From: Candidatus Limnocylindrales bacterium | GTDB lineage: Bacteria > Chloroflexota > Limnocylindria > Limnocylindrales > CSP1-4 | NCBI GenBank assembly: GCA_050010635.1 | Contig: JBEKKR010000004.1 | Location: 1,074-65,073, forward strand | Direction of reading: 5' to 3' | Length of the DNA: 64,000 nt | Shown: one piece after another, positions 49,277 to 60,484 of the stretch | Layout of the letters: each line of letters begins with the position of its first letter | Position numbering within the stretch: position 1 is the stretch's first letter | The notes under the pieces: model-generated | Database searches by the model: none | What the model saw: the letters and a program-made list of their open reading frames with translations, nothing else | Told to the model about the DNA's origin: nothing | Position numbers and translations under genes: made by a program

Positions 49277-51434
49277 ATGGAGTCGTGGCCGGGCAGGCCC
49301 TATCCGCTCGGGGCTACGCCCGGTCCGGACGGCACCAACTTCGCCGTCGCCTCGAGCGTCGCCTCGGGCGTGACGCTGTGTCTCTTCGACGAAGCGGGCG
49401 CCGAAGTGCAGCTCTCCTTACAGGAGGAGGACGCCGGCATATGGCACGGTTTCGTGCCGGCCGTCGGCCCCGGCCAGCGCTACGGGTACCGCGTATCTGG
49501 TCCGTACGAACCTGCCCGGGGCCTCCGCTGCAACCCGAACAAGCTCCTTCTGGATCCGTACGCCCGGGCCGTCGTCGGTGATGTTGACTGGGTCGACGCG
49601 GTCTTCGGCTACGTGCCGGGGACGCCGGACGGGTTCAGCGTCCTGGACTCGGCGCCGCACGTGCCGCGGAGCCTCGTCGTGGACGGCGGCTTCGACTGGG
49701 GGTCCGACGCGCCGCCGGCCATCCCCTACTCCGACAGCATGCTCTATGAGATTCACGTCAAGGGTTTCACCCAGCTGCATCCCGGCGTCCCGGCGGATGT
49801 GCGCGGCACCTATGCCGGCCTCGCCTCCCCCGCCGCGCTCGATCACCTGACGAGCCTGGGCGTCACAGCCGTGGAGTTGATGCCGGTCCATCACCACGTC
49901 GACGATGGGTATCTCCGGTCCAGGGGCCTCGCCAACTACTGGGGCTACAACAGCCTGGGCTTGTTCGCGCCGCACGCGGGCTATTCGGCCGAGGTCAGGG
50001 CCGGTCGTCCCGGCGGCCAGGTCGCCGAGTTCAAGGCCATGGTGAAGGCCATCCATGCTGCCGGACTCGAGGTGATCCTCGACGTCGTCTTCAGCCATAC
50101 CGCGGAGGGCGACCATCTAGGCCCCACGCTCTCATTCCGCGGGCTCGACAACCCGGCCTACTACCGGCTCGTGGCCGACGACCCGCGCTACTACTTCGAC
50201 ACCACGGGCACGGGCAACTCCCCCAATGTGGACAATCCGACCTGCCTGCGGCTGATCATGGATTCGCTGCGGTACTGGGCTTCCGAGATGCACGTCGACG
50301 GCTTCCGCTTTGACCTAGCGGTGGCCCTGGCCCGGGAGCACGGCAGCTTCGATCGCGTCTCGGCCTTCTTCGACCTGATCTCGCAGGACCCGGTCGTGTC
50401 GCGACTGAAGCTCATCGCCGAGCCCTGGGACGTCGGCCAGCCCGACAGCTACGACCCTGGGAGATTTCCCGTCTTCCTGGAGCGAGTGGAACGGCAGGTA
50501 TCGCGATACCGTCCGCGACTTCTGGCGGGGCCAGGACGGAACCCTGCCGGACCTGGCCAGGCGCCTCACCGGCTCGGCCGACCTGTACGGCCCGTCGCGG
50601 CGGCGGCCCAACGCCTCCATCAATTTCGTGACCAGCCACGACGGCTTCACCCTGCGCGATCTGGTTTCGTACGAGCAGAAGCGCAACGAGGCGAACGGCG
50701 AGTCGAACCAGGACGGGACCGACGACAACCGCTCCTGGAACTGCGGGGCCGAAGGACCGACGGACGACCCGGCCATCCTCGAGCTGCGCGCCCGGCAGTC
50801 GCGGGCGATCCTGGCCACGCTTCTGCTGAGCCTCGGCGTGCCGATGCTGCTCGGCGGCGACGAGCTCGGCCGAACGCAGCGGGGCAACAACAACGCGTAC
50901 TGCCAGGACAACGAGGTCGGCTGGTTCGACTGGGCATCCGCCGACCGCGAGCTGCTCGCCTTCACCCGGGCGCTGATCGCCACGCGGCGCCGCCACCACG
51001 CCCTGCGACGCCGCCGCTTCGCCAGCGGCGCGCTCCGGGACGACATCCGGTGGTTCACGCCGGCAGGCATGGCGATGACCGACTCCGATTGGGGCGCCGG
51101 CTGGACGCGCAGCTTCGTGGCCTATCTGGACGGAACCCGGCACGCGGACCGGGACGACCGGGGCCGTCCGATGCTGGACGACGATCTGCTCGTAGTCTTC
51201 AGCGGCTGGTGGGAGCCGCTGCCGTTCACCGTCCCGGATGTCGGCGCGCCGCGAGCATGGCAGTGCGAACTCGACACCTTCACGGGATCCGGCGGTGCGA
51301 CGGCTGTCGCCGCAGGGGCCACGTTCGTCGTGGAGTCGAGGTCGGTGGTCCTGCTGAAATCGGCTCTTCTGCCTGACCCGACCGGCACGAGTCATCGGCG
51401 TGAGCCGATGGCTCGAAAACCTGCCGCACCCTGA
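49277..51434 (+). pseudogene. glgX: Glycogen debranching enzyme GlgX with +1 frameshift at 50455-50457
   Basis: 5' frame has PLGAT, YEIHVKGFT, NYWGY, DGFRFDLA and IAEPWD; 3' frame has WSEWNGRYRD, HDGFTL.DLVSY and GNNNAYCQDN. Removing one C gives YDLGDFPSSWSEWN. Confidence 0.9.
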
Positions 51435-51458
51435 CATCCCTGGGGCCACAATCGGGGC

Positions 51459-52742
51459 ATGACCTACCAGATCAGCATCGCCGCGGCCCGCCGGTTCCTG
51501 GCGATCCGCCACCTCCTCGCGCCGCCGCGCGCATTGCCCGCCACGCCGGAGAGCGTCCTGGCCGTGGTGGATCGGTTGGGCTCGCTCCAGTTCGATCCGC
51601 TCGAAGTCGCCGGCCGCAACCACGACCTGGTGCTGCAGGCTCGCATCGCCGGCTACCGCCGCGAGATCACCGACGAGCTGCTCTACGGCCGCCGCCTGCT
51701 CTTCGAGGCCTACAACAAGTCCCTCAATCTGCTGCCAACCCGCGATCTGCCCTACTACCGGATTACATGGAATGACTTCGCCGGCGGGTGGGCCGGGCGG
51801 CTCGTCGGCGAGCAGGCCGTTCTGGCCGAGAAGATCCTGGCGGAGATAACCGCCCAGGGGCCCAGGTGCTCGAGCGACTTCGAGCGAGAGGCCGCGATCG
51901 AGTGGTGGTGGGGTCCTACGAGCGCGGTCCGGGCGGTACTCGAAGCGCTCGCGGTCTCGGGCAGGCTGAGCCTGGCCCGGCGTGAGGGCAATCGCCGCTA
52001 CTACGACCTGACCGAGCGGCTCTACCCCGCAGATCTCCTCGAGACCCGGATACCGGAGAGGGAACAGAGGTGCCACAGGCTGCTGTCGCGCTACCGCGGC
52101 CACGGACTGCTGGGCGCGGGCGGAAGCGGCGAGCTCTGGCTGGGCACGGCCCCGCCGGCCGTCCGGGCCGAGATGCGCCGCGACCTGCTCGGTCGCGGCG
52201 AGCTCGTGGCGGTGACGGTCGAGGAGATGCGCGGCGAGCGCTTCGTCGTCGGCGACGAGCTGCCGCTGCTGGCGCAGGCCGAACGCGAGGTGGCCGCGGA
52301 GTCGGCCGGCAGCCCGGTCCGGCCGGGAGACGCCGAGCCCGGCTGCAGCTTCGTGGCCCCGCTCGACCCGCTGATGTGGGATCGCGGCGCGCTCGAGCCG
52401 TTCTACGGCTTCGAGTACCGCTGGGAGGTCTACACGCCCGCGGCGAAGCGCCGCTGGGGTTACTACGTCCTGCCGATTCTCTTCGGCGATCGGCTGGTCG
52501 GCCGCATCGAGCCCCGCATCGATCGCGCCGCCCGGACGGTCCGCATCCTCGGCCTGGGCTGGGAGCCCGGCTTCGACCCGGTGGAGGCTCCGGGCTTCGT
52601 CCCGGCATTCGCCGCGGCCCTCAACGCCTACCTCGCGTTCAGCGCGGCGGAAGCCGTGGTCGCTCCCCCGGGGCCCGCCAACCGGGCGCTGTTCCGGGCG
52701 ATTACGGGCGAGGTTCGCGTCAAGCGGCCGCCGGCCGGCTAG
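51459..52742 (+). CDS. HTH_42 / YcaQ-like DNA glycosylase
   Basis: LQFDPL (QxD motif), PLDPLMWDR, FEYRWEVYTP and GYYVLPIL motifs. Confidence 0.9.
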   Translation: MTYQISIAAARRFLAIRHLLAPPRALPATPESVLAVVDRLGSLQFDPLEVAGRNHDLVLQARIAGYRREITDELLYGRRLLFEAYNKSLNLLPTRDLPYYRITWNDFAGGWAGRLVGEQAVLAEKILAEITAQGPRCSSDFEREAAIEWWWGPTSAVRAVLEALAVSGRLSLARREGNRRYYDLTERLYPADLLETRIPEREQRCHRLLSRYRGHGLLGAGGSGELWLGTAPPAVRAEMRRDLLGRGELVAVTVEEMRGERFVVGDELPLLAQAEREVAAESAGSPVRPGDAEPGCSFVAPLDPLMWDRGALEPFYGFEYRWEVYTPAAKRRWGYYVLPILFGDRLVGRIEPRIDRAARTVRILGLGWEPGFDPVEAPGFVPAFAAALNAYLAFSAAEAVVAPPGPANRALFRAITGEVRVKRPPAG

Positions 52743-52867
52743 GTTCCCTGCATTCGCGCCGCTCCGAGGTAATGTTTGGATGCCCACGGGCAAGACGGCT
52801 CGTGGCCGCGCCGACCGGCGGTTTAGGCGGCCGATCGGGTCCGGCAACGGAAGGGAAGGAGGCGTCG

Positions 52868-53395
52868 ATGAGGCCAATCGCCATCGGCAGCGATGAGGCC
52901 GGCTTCCAGCTCAAGGAGGAGCTGAGGCGCCACCTCGAGGCGGCGGGATACGAGGTCACGGACTACGGCTGCCACTCGCCTGAACCGGTCGATTACCCGG
53001 ACGTGGCGATCGAAGTGGCAACCGCCGTCGCTGCCGGCCGCCACGATCGAGCGGTGCTCATCTGCGGCACCGGGATCGGCATGGCCATCGCCGCCAACAA
53101 GGTCCCCGGCGTGTATGCCGCCAATGCCCACGACCCTTACTCCGCGGCCCGGGCGCGCATGTCCAACAACGCCCAGGTCCTGTCTCTCGGGGCGCGGGTG
53201 GTCGGTACCGAGCTGGCCAAGACCCTCGTCGACGTCTGGCTAAAGGCCGAGTTCGCCGGCGGCGGCTCCCTGCGCAAGGTCCAGAAGATCCAGGCGGCCG
53301 AGCGAAAGGCCGGGGCGGCCCCGGCTTTATCGGGCTCGGACGCGGCGTCTCAGGCAGCTCCCCCGAAGGCTTCGCACAAGGAGCGACCGAAATGA
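52868..53395 (+). CDS. RpiB-family sugar-phosphate isomerase (DerI-like)
   Basis: GSDEAG, VDYPD, ICGTGIGM.IAANKV.G and SNNAQVL motifs; operon with dhaK, dhaL and a TIM-like gene. Confidence 0.9.
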   Translation: MRPIAIGSDEAGFQLKEELRRHLEAAGYEVTDYGCHSPEPVDYPDVAIEVATAVAAGRHDRAVLICGTGIGMAIAANKVPGVYAANAHDPYSAARARMSNNAQVLSLGARVVGTELAKTLVDVWLKAEFAGGGSLRKVQKIQAAERKAGAAPALSGSDAASQAAPPKASHKERPK

Positions 53396-54420
53396 CGGCG
53401 GCCCAAGGAACCGGCGCTTATCGAGGCTTCTACAAGAAGCTCATCAACGATCCGTTCGACGCGGTCGACGAAGCCCTGGAAGGCTTCGCCGGAGCCCATT
53501 CGGACCTGGTGACCCTGGCCGCGCCACGGGTGATCGCCCGCCGTGTCCCCGCTTCCGGTAAGGTCGGCTTCGTGGTCGGCGGCGGATCCGGGCACGAGCC
53601 GGCGTTCGCCGGTTACGTCGGCCACGGCATGGCCGACGCGGCCGCCTGCGGCAACGTCTTCGCGTCGCCGCCGCCCGACGTGATCCTCGCCGCGATCCAC
53701 GCCGCTTCCACCGGGAAGGGCGTGCTGATGGGCTACGGCAACTACGCCGGCGACGTGCTCAACTTCGGCCTCGCGGCCGAGTTCGCCGCGGCCGAGGGCA
53801 TCGAGGTCCGGGAGATCCGGGTATCCGACGACGTCGCCTCGGCCGGACCGGGCGAACGCGACAAGAGGCGAGGCATCGCCGGCGACATCATCGTCTTCAA
53901 GTGCGCCGGCGCCGCCGCCGAACGAGGCGACTCGCTCGGCGAAGTCGAACGCATCGCCGTCAAGGCCAACCTGGCGACGCGGAGCATGGGCGTCGCCCTG
54001 GCCGCGTGCGAGGTTCCGGGCACGGGGCGCCTCACCTTCGAGCTGGCCGCCGACGAGATCGGGATCGGCATGGGTGTGCACGGCGAGCCAGGGATCCGCC
54101 GCGGGCCGCTCGAGCCGGCCGACGCCATCGCCGGCGCGCTCGTCGCGGCGATAACAGGAGAGATGGACCGCGCAGAAAGCCGGGACGTCGCCCTGCTGGT
54201 CAACGGCCTGGGAGCCACGGCCACGATGGACCAGTACGTCTTCTATCGGGGCGCTCGCCGGGCCCTCGAGGCGGCGGGCTTCCGGGTCACCCACAGCTAC
54301 GTCGGCGAGTACATCACCTCGCTCGAGATGGCCGGGGCATCGGTCACGGTCACCGCCCTGGACGGCGAGCTTGCCGAGCTGCTCGACGCCCCGGCCCGAA
54401 CCACGCGCTTCGTCCAATGA
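53392..54420 (+). CDS. dhaK: DhaK-family ketose kinase substrate-binding subunit
   Basis: GGGSGHEP, GNVFASP, NYAGD, GMGVHGEPG and TSLEMAG motifs. Confidence 0.93.
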   Translation: MTAAQGTGAYRGFYKKLINDPFDAVDEALEGFAGAHSDLVTLAAPRVIARRVPASGKVGFVVGGGSGHEPAFAGYVGHGMADAAACGNVFASPPPDVILAAIHAASTGKGVLMGYGNYAGDVLNFGLAAEFAAAEGIEVREIRVSDDVASAGPGERDKRRGIAGDIIVFKCAGAAAERGDSLGEVERIAVKANLATRSMGVALAACEVPGTGRLTFELAADEIGIGMGVHGEPGIRRGPLEPADAIAGALVAAITGEMDRAESRDVALLVNGLGATATMDQYVFYRGARRALEAAGFRVTHSYVGEYITSLEMAGASVTVTALDGELAELLDAPARTTRFVQ

Positions 54421-55082
54421 GCGCCGGCCGGCTCCGCAACTGCATCCTGGCCGCTGCAGATGCCGTCGAAGCGAGTCGCGATGAGTTGGGCCGGCTCGAC
54501 GCAGTTGCCGGCGACGGTGACCACGGCCTGACGATGGCTCACGGGGCTCGGGCAGTCCGCCTGGCGATCAAGGAGAACCCGGATGCGCCGCCGGCCGATC
54601 TGCTGGCGAAGGTGGCGACGGCGATGGGCTCGATCGGCGGCGCCATCGGACCGATCTACGCCACGGCCCTGCTCAAGGTGGCTGGCGTGGTGCGGGCCTC
54701 GGCCCCCGGCGACGGCGCGACCGTAGTCCAGCTGCAAGCGTGTGCCGACGCGGCCGTCACCGCGGTCATGGCGCTCGGTCACGCCAAACCCGGCGACAAG
54801 ACGGTGCTCGACGCGATGGCGCCGCTGGCGGAGAGCCTGCGTGCATCCGAGGCGGAGGGCGCATCCGTGGATGCGGCGCTCGTTCGGGCTCGCGACGCCG
54901 CTCGGGCGGGTGCGGCGGCCACCGCCGGGATGATCGCGTCGATCGGCCGCGCGGCGCGGCTCGGCGAGCAATCGCGTGGCACGGCGGATGCCGGCGCCAC
55001 GTCGTTCGCGCTGATCGTCGGCGCGGCGATCGACTCGTATCTCGAGAGCGAGGGCCCACGGTCGCCCGGAGCTGCGGCGTGA
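54417..55082 (+). CDS. dhaL: DhaL-family kinase nucleotide-binding subunit
   Basis: LDAVAGDGDHG, GDKTVLDA, GRA and DAGA motifs. Confidence 0.92.
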   Translation: MSAGRLRNCILAAADAVEASRDELGRLDAVAGDGDHGLTMAHGARAVRLAIKENPDAPPADLLAKVATAMGSIGGAIGPIYATALLKVAGVVRASAPGDGATVVQLQACADAAVTAVMALGHAKPGDKTVLDAMAPLAESLRASEAEGASVDAALVRARDAARAGAAATAGMIASIGRAARLGEQSRGTADAGATSFALIVGAAIDSYLESEGPRSPGAAA

Positions 55083-55828
55083 TCCGGCCTCTCGTCGGCA
55101 CTAGCTGGAAGATGAACCTGACGCCCAGTCGGGCCGCCGTCTACTGCGCCGCCCTTCGGTCCCTGGTCGCGGACGTCGACGACCGCACGCTCTTCGTCCT
55201 GCCGCCGTTCCCGTCCCTGCCATGCGCCCGCGACCTCCTGGCCGGCAGCAACGTCGCCTGGGGCGCCCAGGACGTCCACCCCGACGTCGAAGGCGCTCAC
55301 ACAGGCGACGTCTCGGCGTCGATGCTCGCCGATCTCGGCTGTACCTTCGTGGAGGTCGGCCATCACGAAAGGCGGCGCGACCATCACGAGGACGACGACC
55401 TGATCGCCTCGAAGGTCGCGGCCATCCACCACTGGGGCATGACCGCCATCCTGTGCGTCGGCGAGGAGCACCGGACGACGCCCGAGGCGGCCCGTGCGCA
55501 TGTCCTCGGCCAGCTTCGCTTCGTGGAGGATTTCGATCCGGCGAGGCTGGTCGTCGCGTATGAGCCCGCCTGGGCCATCGGCGTGGGGGCCGAGCGCGCG
55601 CCGTCCGAGTGGATCGGGGCGATGCACGAGGCCATCCACGAGCGACTGGCAGAAGCGGCCGGGGGCCGAGCCGCCATCGCCGTCATCTACGGCGGCAGCG
55701 TGGACGCCGCAGGAGCCCGCGAAATCCTGGCCTCACCCGGCGTGGATGGACTCTTCGTCGGCCGCTACGCGCTCACGGCCGAGGGTTTCGCGGAGATCGC
55801 CCACACGCCGCTGCGGCCCGAACGCTAG
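55079..55828 (+). CDS. TIM-family isomerase, LerI/EryH-like (tetrulose-phosphate isomerase)
   Basis: GTSWKMN (versus housekeeping GNWKMN), GHHERR, AYEPAWAIG, YGGSV and DGLFVGR motifs. Confidence 0.85.
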   Translation: MIRPLVGTSWKMNLTPSRAAVYCAALRSLVADVDDRTLFVLPPFPSLPCARDLLAGSNVAWGAQDVHPDVEGAHTGDVSASMLADLGCTFVEVGHHERRRDHHEDDDLIASKVAAIHHWGMTAILCVGEEHRTTPEAARAHVLGQLRFVEDFDPARLVVAYEPAWAIGVGAERAPSEWIGAMHEAIHERLAEAAGGRAAIAVIYGGSVDAAGAREILASPGVDGLFVGRYALTAEGFAEIAHTPLRPER

Positions 55829-55833
55829 GCCGC

Positions 55834-55858
55834 GAGAGGCCGGCCAGGGGCCTCTCTT
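55834..55858 (+). terminator. Probable terminator after the TIM-like gene
   Basis: gagaggcc...ggcctctc followed by TT. Confidence 0.5.
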
Positions 55859-55874
55859 GGTGCCAATCGGCGGT

Positions 55875-55910
55875 TGGCAAGGTCTTGACTTCGCTGGCAC
55901 AATCTTTCCG
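55875..55910 (+). promoter_or_regulatory. Conserved promoter/operator element, copy 1
   Basis: TGGCAaGgtCTTGACttcGcTGGCACAATCTTTCCG; 29/36 identical to the reverse complement of 62857-62892. Confidence 0.8.
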
Positions 55911-56068
55911 TATCAGGCCAAGCCGAGGCCGGGAGAAGATCCCCAGGTCTCACCGGGCCGCCGTCGCCTTGTCTCGCTGAAACCGGGCCGGAAGCCGGCG
56001 GTTGGCGGTACCGAGACCCCCAATTGCCTCCGTCGCGGCGGGCGGGGGCCGCATGCAGGGACCGGAAG

Positions 56069-57148
56069 ATGAAGATTCTGGTTGTTGGGGACTCCTACTG
56101 CCCATGGCGGGCGCTGGGCCCGTCGATCGATCGCCTGGCCGAGACACACGAGGTCACATGCATCGACGTCGTCGACGAGCCGGGCTGGCGTCCCTCCACG
56201 CCGTCGGAAGGCAGGATCAAGGAATTGCTGGGCAGCCCGCGCCAGATCATCGAACGGCTCGACGGCCACGAGGTCTTGATAGTCCAGGGCGCGCCTGTTA
56301 CGGACGCCGTGATGGACGCCTCGCCGAAACTGAGGCTCGTGTGCGTCGCCCGCGGCGGCCCCGTGAACGTGGATGTCGCCGCGGCCACTGAGCGCGGCAT
56401 CGCCGTCGTGACGACTCCCGGAAAGAACGCACAGGCAGTTGCCGAACTCACGATCGCCTTCATGGTGATGCTGGCCCGGCGCCTGCCCGAGGTCGTCCGG
56501 TTTCTCGAGGGCGGCGGCGAACTGGCCCGCGACAACTACGAGGGCGCCAAGTGGATGGGCCACGACCTGGAGGGACACGTCCTGGGTCTGATCGGTTACG
56601 GCCAGATCGGCCATCGCGTCGCCAGGATCGCCAAAGCCATGGACATGCGGGTCATCGTCTCGGACCCGTTCGTGCCGGCAGCCCGGATCGAAGCCGACGG
56701 CGCCGAACCGGTGGACCTGGACACGCTCCTGGCGACCGCGGACTACGTCTCGATCCACGCCCGGGTCACCGCCGAGAACAAGGGCATGATCGGGCGGGCC
56801 CAGATCGAGCGGATGAAGAAGGGCGCCTGCCTGATCAACACGGCCCGTGACACGCTCGTGGACGAGGACGCGGTCTACGATGCGCTCCGTTCCGGGCACC
56901 TGGCTGGCGGCGGATTCGACGTGGTCCGCATCCCCGACCTATCGATCCCGGCTGAGCTCGGCCGGCGTCACCGCCTGTACGACGCCCCGAACGTCGTCAT
57001 CGCCACTCACATCGGCGGCGCCACGTACGAAACAATGGGACACGGCGGCGAGATGGCCGCCGCGGAGATCGGCCGGCTGGCCGCCGGCGAGCCATTCGTC
57101 AACCTGGCCAATCCGGCCGTGCTCGAGAAGGTGGGGAACCATGCCTGA
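56069..57148 (+). CDS. D-isomer-specific 2-hydroxyacid dehydrogenase family protein
   Basis: RGGPVNVD, PGKNA.AVAE, GYGQIG, INTAR and HIGGAT motifs. Confidence 0.9.
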   Translation: MKILVVGDSYCPWRALGPSIDRLAETHEVTCIDVVDEPGWRPSTPSEGRIKELLGSPRQIIERLDGHEVLIVQGAPVTDAVMDASPKLRLVCVARGGPVNVDVAAATERGIAVVTTPGKNAQAVAELTIAFMVMLARRLPEVVRFLEGGGELARDNYEGAKWMGHDLEGHVLGLIGYGQIGHRVARIAKAMDMRVIVSDPFVPAARIEADGAEPVDLDTLLATADYVSIHARVTAENKGMIGRAQIERMKKGACLINTARDTLVDEDAVYDALRSGHLAGGGFDVVRIPDLSIPAELGRRHRLYDAPNVVIATHIGGATYETMGHGGEMAAAEIGRLAAGEPFVNLANPAVLEKVGNHA

Positions 57149-58703
57149 ACCGCATGTCATGGCAATCGACCTGGGCACGGGGAGTTGTCGGGCGCTCGTA
57201 TTCGACCGCGGCGGCCACCAGGTGGCGATGGCCCAGCGAGAGTGGTCCCATCCACCGCTTCCCGGCGCCCCGGGCTCGCAGCAGTTCGAGACGGCCCGCA
57301 ACTGGCCGCTCATCTGCGAGTGCACCCATGAAGCCCTCGCCAAGAGCGGCCTGCGGGCCGATGCCATCAAGGGCGTGTCCAGCACGGCGATGCGCGAGGG
57401 GATGGTCCTGTACGACGCCGGCGGCACGGAGATCTGGGCTTGCCCAAACGTTGACTCCCGCGCCGGGGACGAGGCTACGCAGCTGATCTCCTCGGGCGAC
57501 GCGCGCAAGATCTACGACACCGGCGGCGACTGGGTCTCGATCACTTCCCCTGCCCGATTCCTCTGGATCAAGAACCACCAGCCGGACGTGTTCGCTCGAA
57601 TCGCCCACATGGGCATGCTCAGCGACTGGGTCCTGACCAGGCTCTCTGGCAAGTACGCCACCGATCCGTCGATCGGCGCCAGCTCCGGCCTCTTCGACCT
57701 GGCGAAGGCCGATTGGTCGCCGGAGCTGATCCGGCTGATCGGCCTCGAGCCGGAGATCTTCCCGAAGGTCATGCAGCCGGGCACGGTCCTGGGCGACGTG
57801 ACCGCCAAAGCGGCCGCCGAGACCGGGCTCGCGGCCGGGACGCCGGTCGTGGTCGGCGGGGCGGACACCCAGCTCGGCCTGCTCGGCATCGGCCGGACCA
57901 CGCCCAACGCCTTCACGCTCGTAGGCGGCAGCTTCTGGCAGAGCACCGTCGTCGTGGACAAGCCTCTGATCGACCCGGAGGCGCGCCTCCGCTCACTGTG
58001 CCACGTGATGCCGGGCCAGTGGATGGTCGAAGGCATCGGCTTCTACTGCGGCCTGACGATGCGCTGGTTCCGCGACGCCTTCTGCGATCTGGAGAAAGCG
58101 CAGGCCGCCGAGCGCGGAGTGGATCCGTTCGTGGTGATGGAAGAGGAGGCGGCAACAGTGCCGCCGGGCTCGAGCGGCGTCCTGCCGATCTTCGGCAACA
58201 TCATGAACGCCAAACGGTGGGTCCAGGCCTCGCCGTCGTTCGTCCAGTTCGACATCGACAACCCGGGAACATCGGGCCGCAAGGAGTGCATCCGGGCCAT
58301 CGAGGAGAGCGCCGCGTACATCGCCCTCGGACACCTCCGGATCATCGAGCGCCTCACCGGCTACAAGTTCGAGGAGATCGTCTTCACCGGCGGCGGCGCG
58401 AAGGGGCACCTCTGGCCCCAGGTCATCGCCGACGTCCTGGGCGTCGCCGTCAAGGTCCCGCAGGTCAAGGAATCCACCGCCCTCGGGGCGGCTCTCTGCG
58501 CCGGCCTGGGAGCCGGCATCTACAAGGACCTGGCCGAAACGGCCGCCGAGGTCGTCCGTTTCGAGCGAACGTTCCGGCCCGATCCGGTCGCCTACGCCGC
58601 CTATCTCTCCCTGTTCGAGAAGTGGCACGCCGTCTACGGCCGTTTCCTCGAGATGGGCGACGCCGGCCTGCTGCGTCCGCTCTGGAAACCCGCCGGAGCC
58701 TGA
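57141..58703 (+). CDS. lsrK: Autoinducer-2 kinase-like FGGY kinase
   Basis: [16 protein letters not shown]...PGSQQF...[38 protein letters not shown] and LWKPAG all resemble enterobacterial LsrK. Confidence 0.85.
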   Translation: MPEPHVMAIDLGTGSCRALVFDRGGHQVAMAQREWSHPPLPGAPGSQQFETARNWPLICECTHEALAKSGLRADAIKGVSSTAMREGMVLYDAGGTEIWACPNVDSRAGDEATQLISSGDARKIYDTGGDWVSITSPARFLWIKNHQPDVFARIAHMGMLSDWVLTRLSGKYATDPSIGASSGLFDLAKADWSPELIRLIGLEPEIFPKVMQPGTVLGDVTAKAAAETGLAAGTPVVVGGADTQLGLLGIGRTTPNAFTLVGGSFWQSTVVVDKPLIDPEARLRSLCHVMPGQWMVEGIGFYCGLTMRWFRDAFCDLEKAQAAERGVDPFVVMEEEAATVPPGSSGVLPIFGNIMNAKRWVQASPSFVQFDIDNPGTSGRKECIRAIEESAAYIALGHLRIIERLTGYKFEEIVFTGGGAKGHLWPQVIADVLGVAVKVPQVKESTALGAALCAGLGAGIYKDLAETAAEVVRFERTFRPDPVAYAAYLSLFEKWHAVYGRFLEMGDAGLLRPLWKPAGA

Positions 58704-58785
58704 CAGCGAGAGGGCCCGGCCCCTATCCAAACCAAACCGCGTGATCGCCGTCCCGGCCCACGGACAAGGCAGAAAGAGGAGCGAG

Positions 58786-59682
58786 ATGCCAGAAGCCGAT
58801 CTCACCGAAGAGAAGAACTTCCACGAGGACATTCCGCAGCGCAACAGCGCCTTCTTCCTGAAGGGCGCCGGGGCATACGACTGGGGCATGCAGAACCGCC
58901 TGGCCCGCGTCTTCAACCCCGACAGCGGCAAGACGGTCATGCTGGCCATCGACCACGGCTACTTCATGGGGCCCACATCCGGCCTCGAGCGGATCGACGT
59001 CAACATCGTTCCGCTGGTCCCGTATACCGACGCCCTCTTCTGTACGCGCGGCATCCTGCGCACGGTCGTCCCGGCGGCGACACGGACGCCCAACGTCCTG
59101 CGGGCCAGCGGCGGTCCCTCGATCCTAAAGGAGCTCTCGAACGAGCAGATCGCGATGGACATGGAGGATGCCGTCCGCCTCAACAGCTGTGGTGTCGGCG
59201 TCCAGGTATTCGTCGGCGGCGAGTTCGAGACCCAGTCGATCAACAACATGACGCGCCTGGTCGATGCGGGCTATCGCGTCGGCCTGCCGGTCCTGGGCGT
59301 AACCGCCGTCGGCAAGGACATGGTCCGAGACGCGAAGTACTTCCGGCTCGCGACACGCATCTGCGCCGAGCTCGGCGCCCAGATGGTCAAGACCTACTAC
59401 GTGCCCGATGGCTTCGAGACCGTCACCGCCTCCTGCCCGGTCCCGATCGTGATGGCGGGCGGCAAGAAGCTGCCCGAGATCGACGCCCTGACGATGGCCT
59501 ACCGCGCCGTCCAGGAGGGCGCGGCCGGCGTGGACATGGGCCGGAACATCTTCCAGAGCGAGTCGCCCGTGGCGATGATCCAGGCCGTCCGAAAGGTCGT
59601 CCACGAGGCGATGAAGCCCGAACACGCACTCGAGCTGTTCAAGACGCTTCGGTCCGAATTCAAGCAGCCCGTCGGGGCCTGA
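58786..59682 (+). CDS. lsrF: LsrF-type thiolase (class I aldolase fold)
   Basis: [46 protein letters not shown] and [10 protein letters not shown] motifs. Confidence 0.93.
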   Translation: MPEADLTEEKNFHEDIPQRNSAFFLKGAGAYDWGMQNRLARVFNPDSGKTVMLAIDHGYFMGPTSGLERIDVNIVPLVPYTDALFCTRGILRTVVPAATRTPNVLRASGGPSILKELSNEQIAMDMEDAVRLNSCGVGVQVFVGGEFETQSINNMTRLVDAGYRVGLPVLGVTAVGKDMVRDAKYFRLATRICAELGAQMVKTYYVPDGFETVTASCPVPIVMAGGKKLPEIDALTMAYRAVQEGAAGVDMGRNIFQSESPVAMIQAVRKVVHEAMKPEHALELFKTLRSEFKQPVGA

Positions 59683-59686
59683 CGAC

Positions 59687-60415
59687 GTGGCCACGACCGC
59701 ACACCTGCCGTTCCTCGACGGCCGGGCTCATCTGACCATCGGCATCAACACCGCCGACCTGGGACACCTGGCCGACGAGGTCCACGTGCTCGAGGACGCG
59801 CGAGCCGAGATCGTCCACATCGACGTGATGGACGGCGTCTTCTGCCCCATGACCACGGTCGGGCCGCCCTTCATTAAGGCGATCAAGACGCCGCTCCTCA
59901 AGGATGCCCACCTGATGATCGTCGACCCCATCGAGAAGGTGGCCGACTATGTGGCCGCCGGCGCCGACATCATCACCTTCCAGGCCGAATCCACGCGCCA
60001 TCCGCACCGCGTCCTGCAGGTCCTGGGCAAGGCCGAGAACGCCAACGACCCGGCCCGCGGCATCATCCGAGGAGTGGCGCTCAACCCCGGCACGCCCGTG
60101 TCGGCTATCGAGCCGCTCCTGGACGAGCTGGAGTACGTGCTCATCCTCGCCGTCAACCCCGGCTGGGGCGGGCAGAAGTTCATCGAGTCGACCGAGCGGC
60201 GCCTGGCCGAGGCGAGGGAGCTGATCAGGCGGTCCGGCCGCCAGATCATGCTCGGCGCCGACGGCGGGATCACCAAGGAGAACATCGCCCGCGTCGCGGC
60301 CATGGGCCCGAACCTGATCGTCACCGGCAGCGCCGTCTTCGACGGCAAGACGCCGGCCGACAACGCCCGCTACATGCTCGACCAGGTCCGGGGCGGAGCA
60401 GCGGTGACGACGTAG
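59687..60415 (+). CDS. Ribulose-phosphate 3-epimerase family protein (LsrE-like)
   Basis: HIDVMDG.FCP..TVGP, DAHLM, NPG.GGQ and DGGI motifs; follows lsrF. Confidence 0.85.
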   Translation: MATTAHLPFLDGRAHLTIGINTADLGHLADEVHVLEDARAEIVHIDVMDGVFCPMTTVGPPFIKAIKTPLLKDAHLMIVDPIEKVADYVAAGADIITFQAESTRHPHRVLQVLGKAENANDPARGIIRGVALNPGTPVSAIEPLLDELEYVLILAVNPGWGGQKFIESTERRLAEARELIRRSGRQIMLGADGGITKENIARVAAMGPNLIVTGSAVFDGKTPADNARYMLDQVRGGAAVTT

Positions 60416-60434
60416 GCCGCCGCTACCGGACGCG

Positions 60435-60476
60435 AAGGGACGGGGCCCGAGGAATCGAGTCCCGTCCTTGTCTTTT
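60435..60476 (+). terminator. Intrinsic terminator between convergent operons
   Basis: aagggacggg...cccgtcctt followed by gtctttt. Confidence 0.7.
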
Positions 60477-60484
60477 GCCGGAGA

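Noticed and set aside
55895-55910. TGGCAC-n5-TTCC as a sigma54 promoter
   Set aside because: The -12 GC dinucleotide is missing and no enhancer-binding protein is nearby; an extended -10 plus operator fits better.
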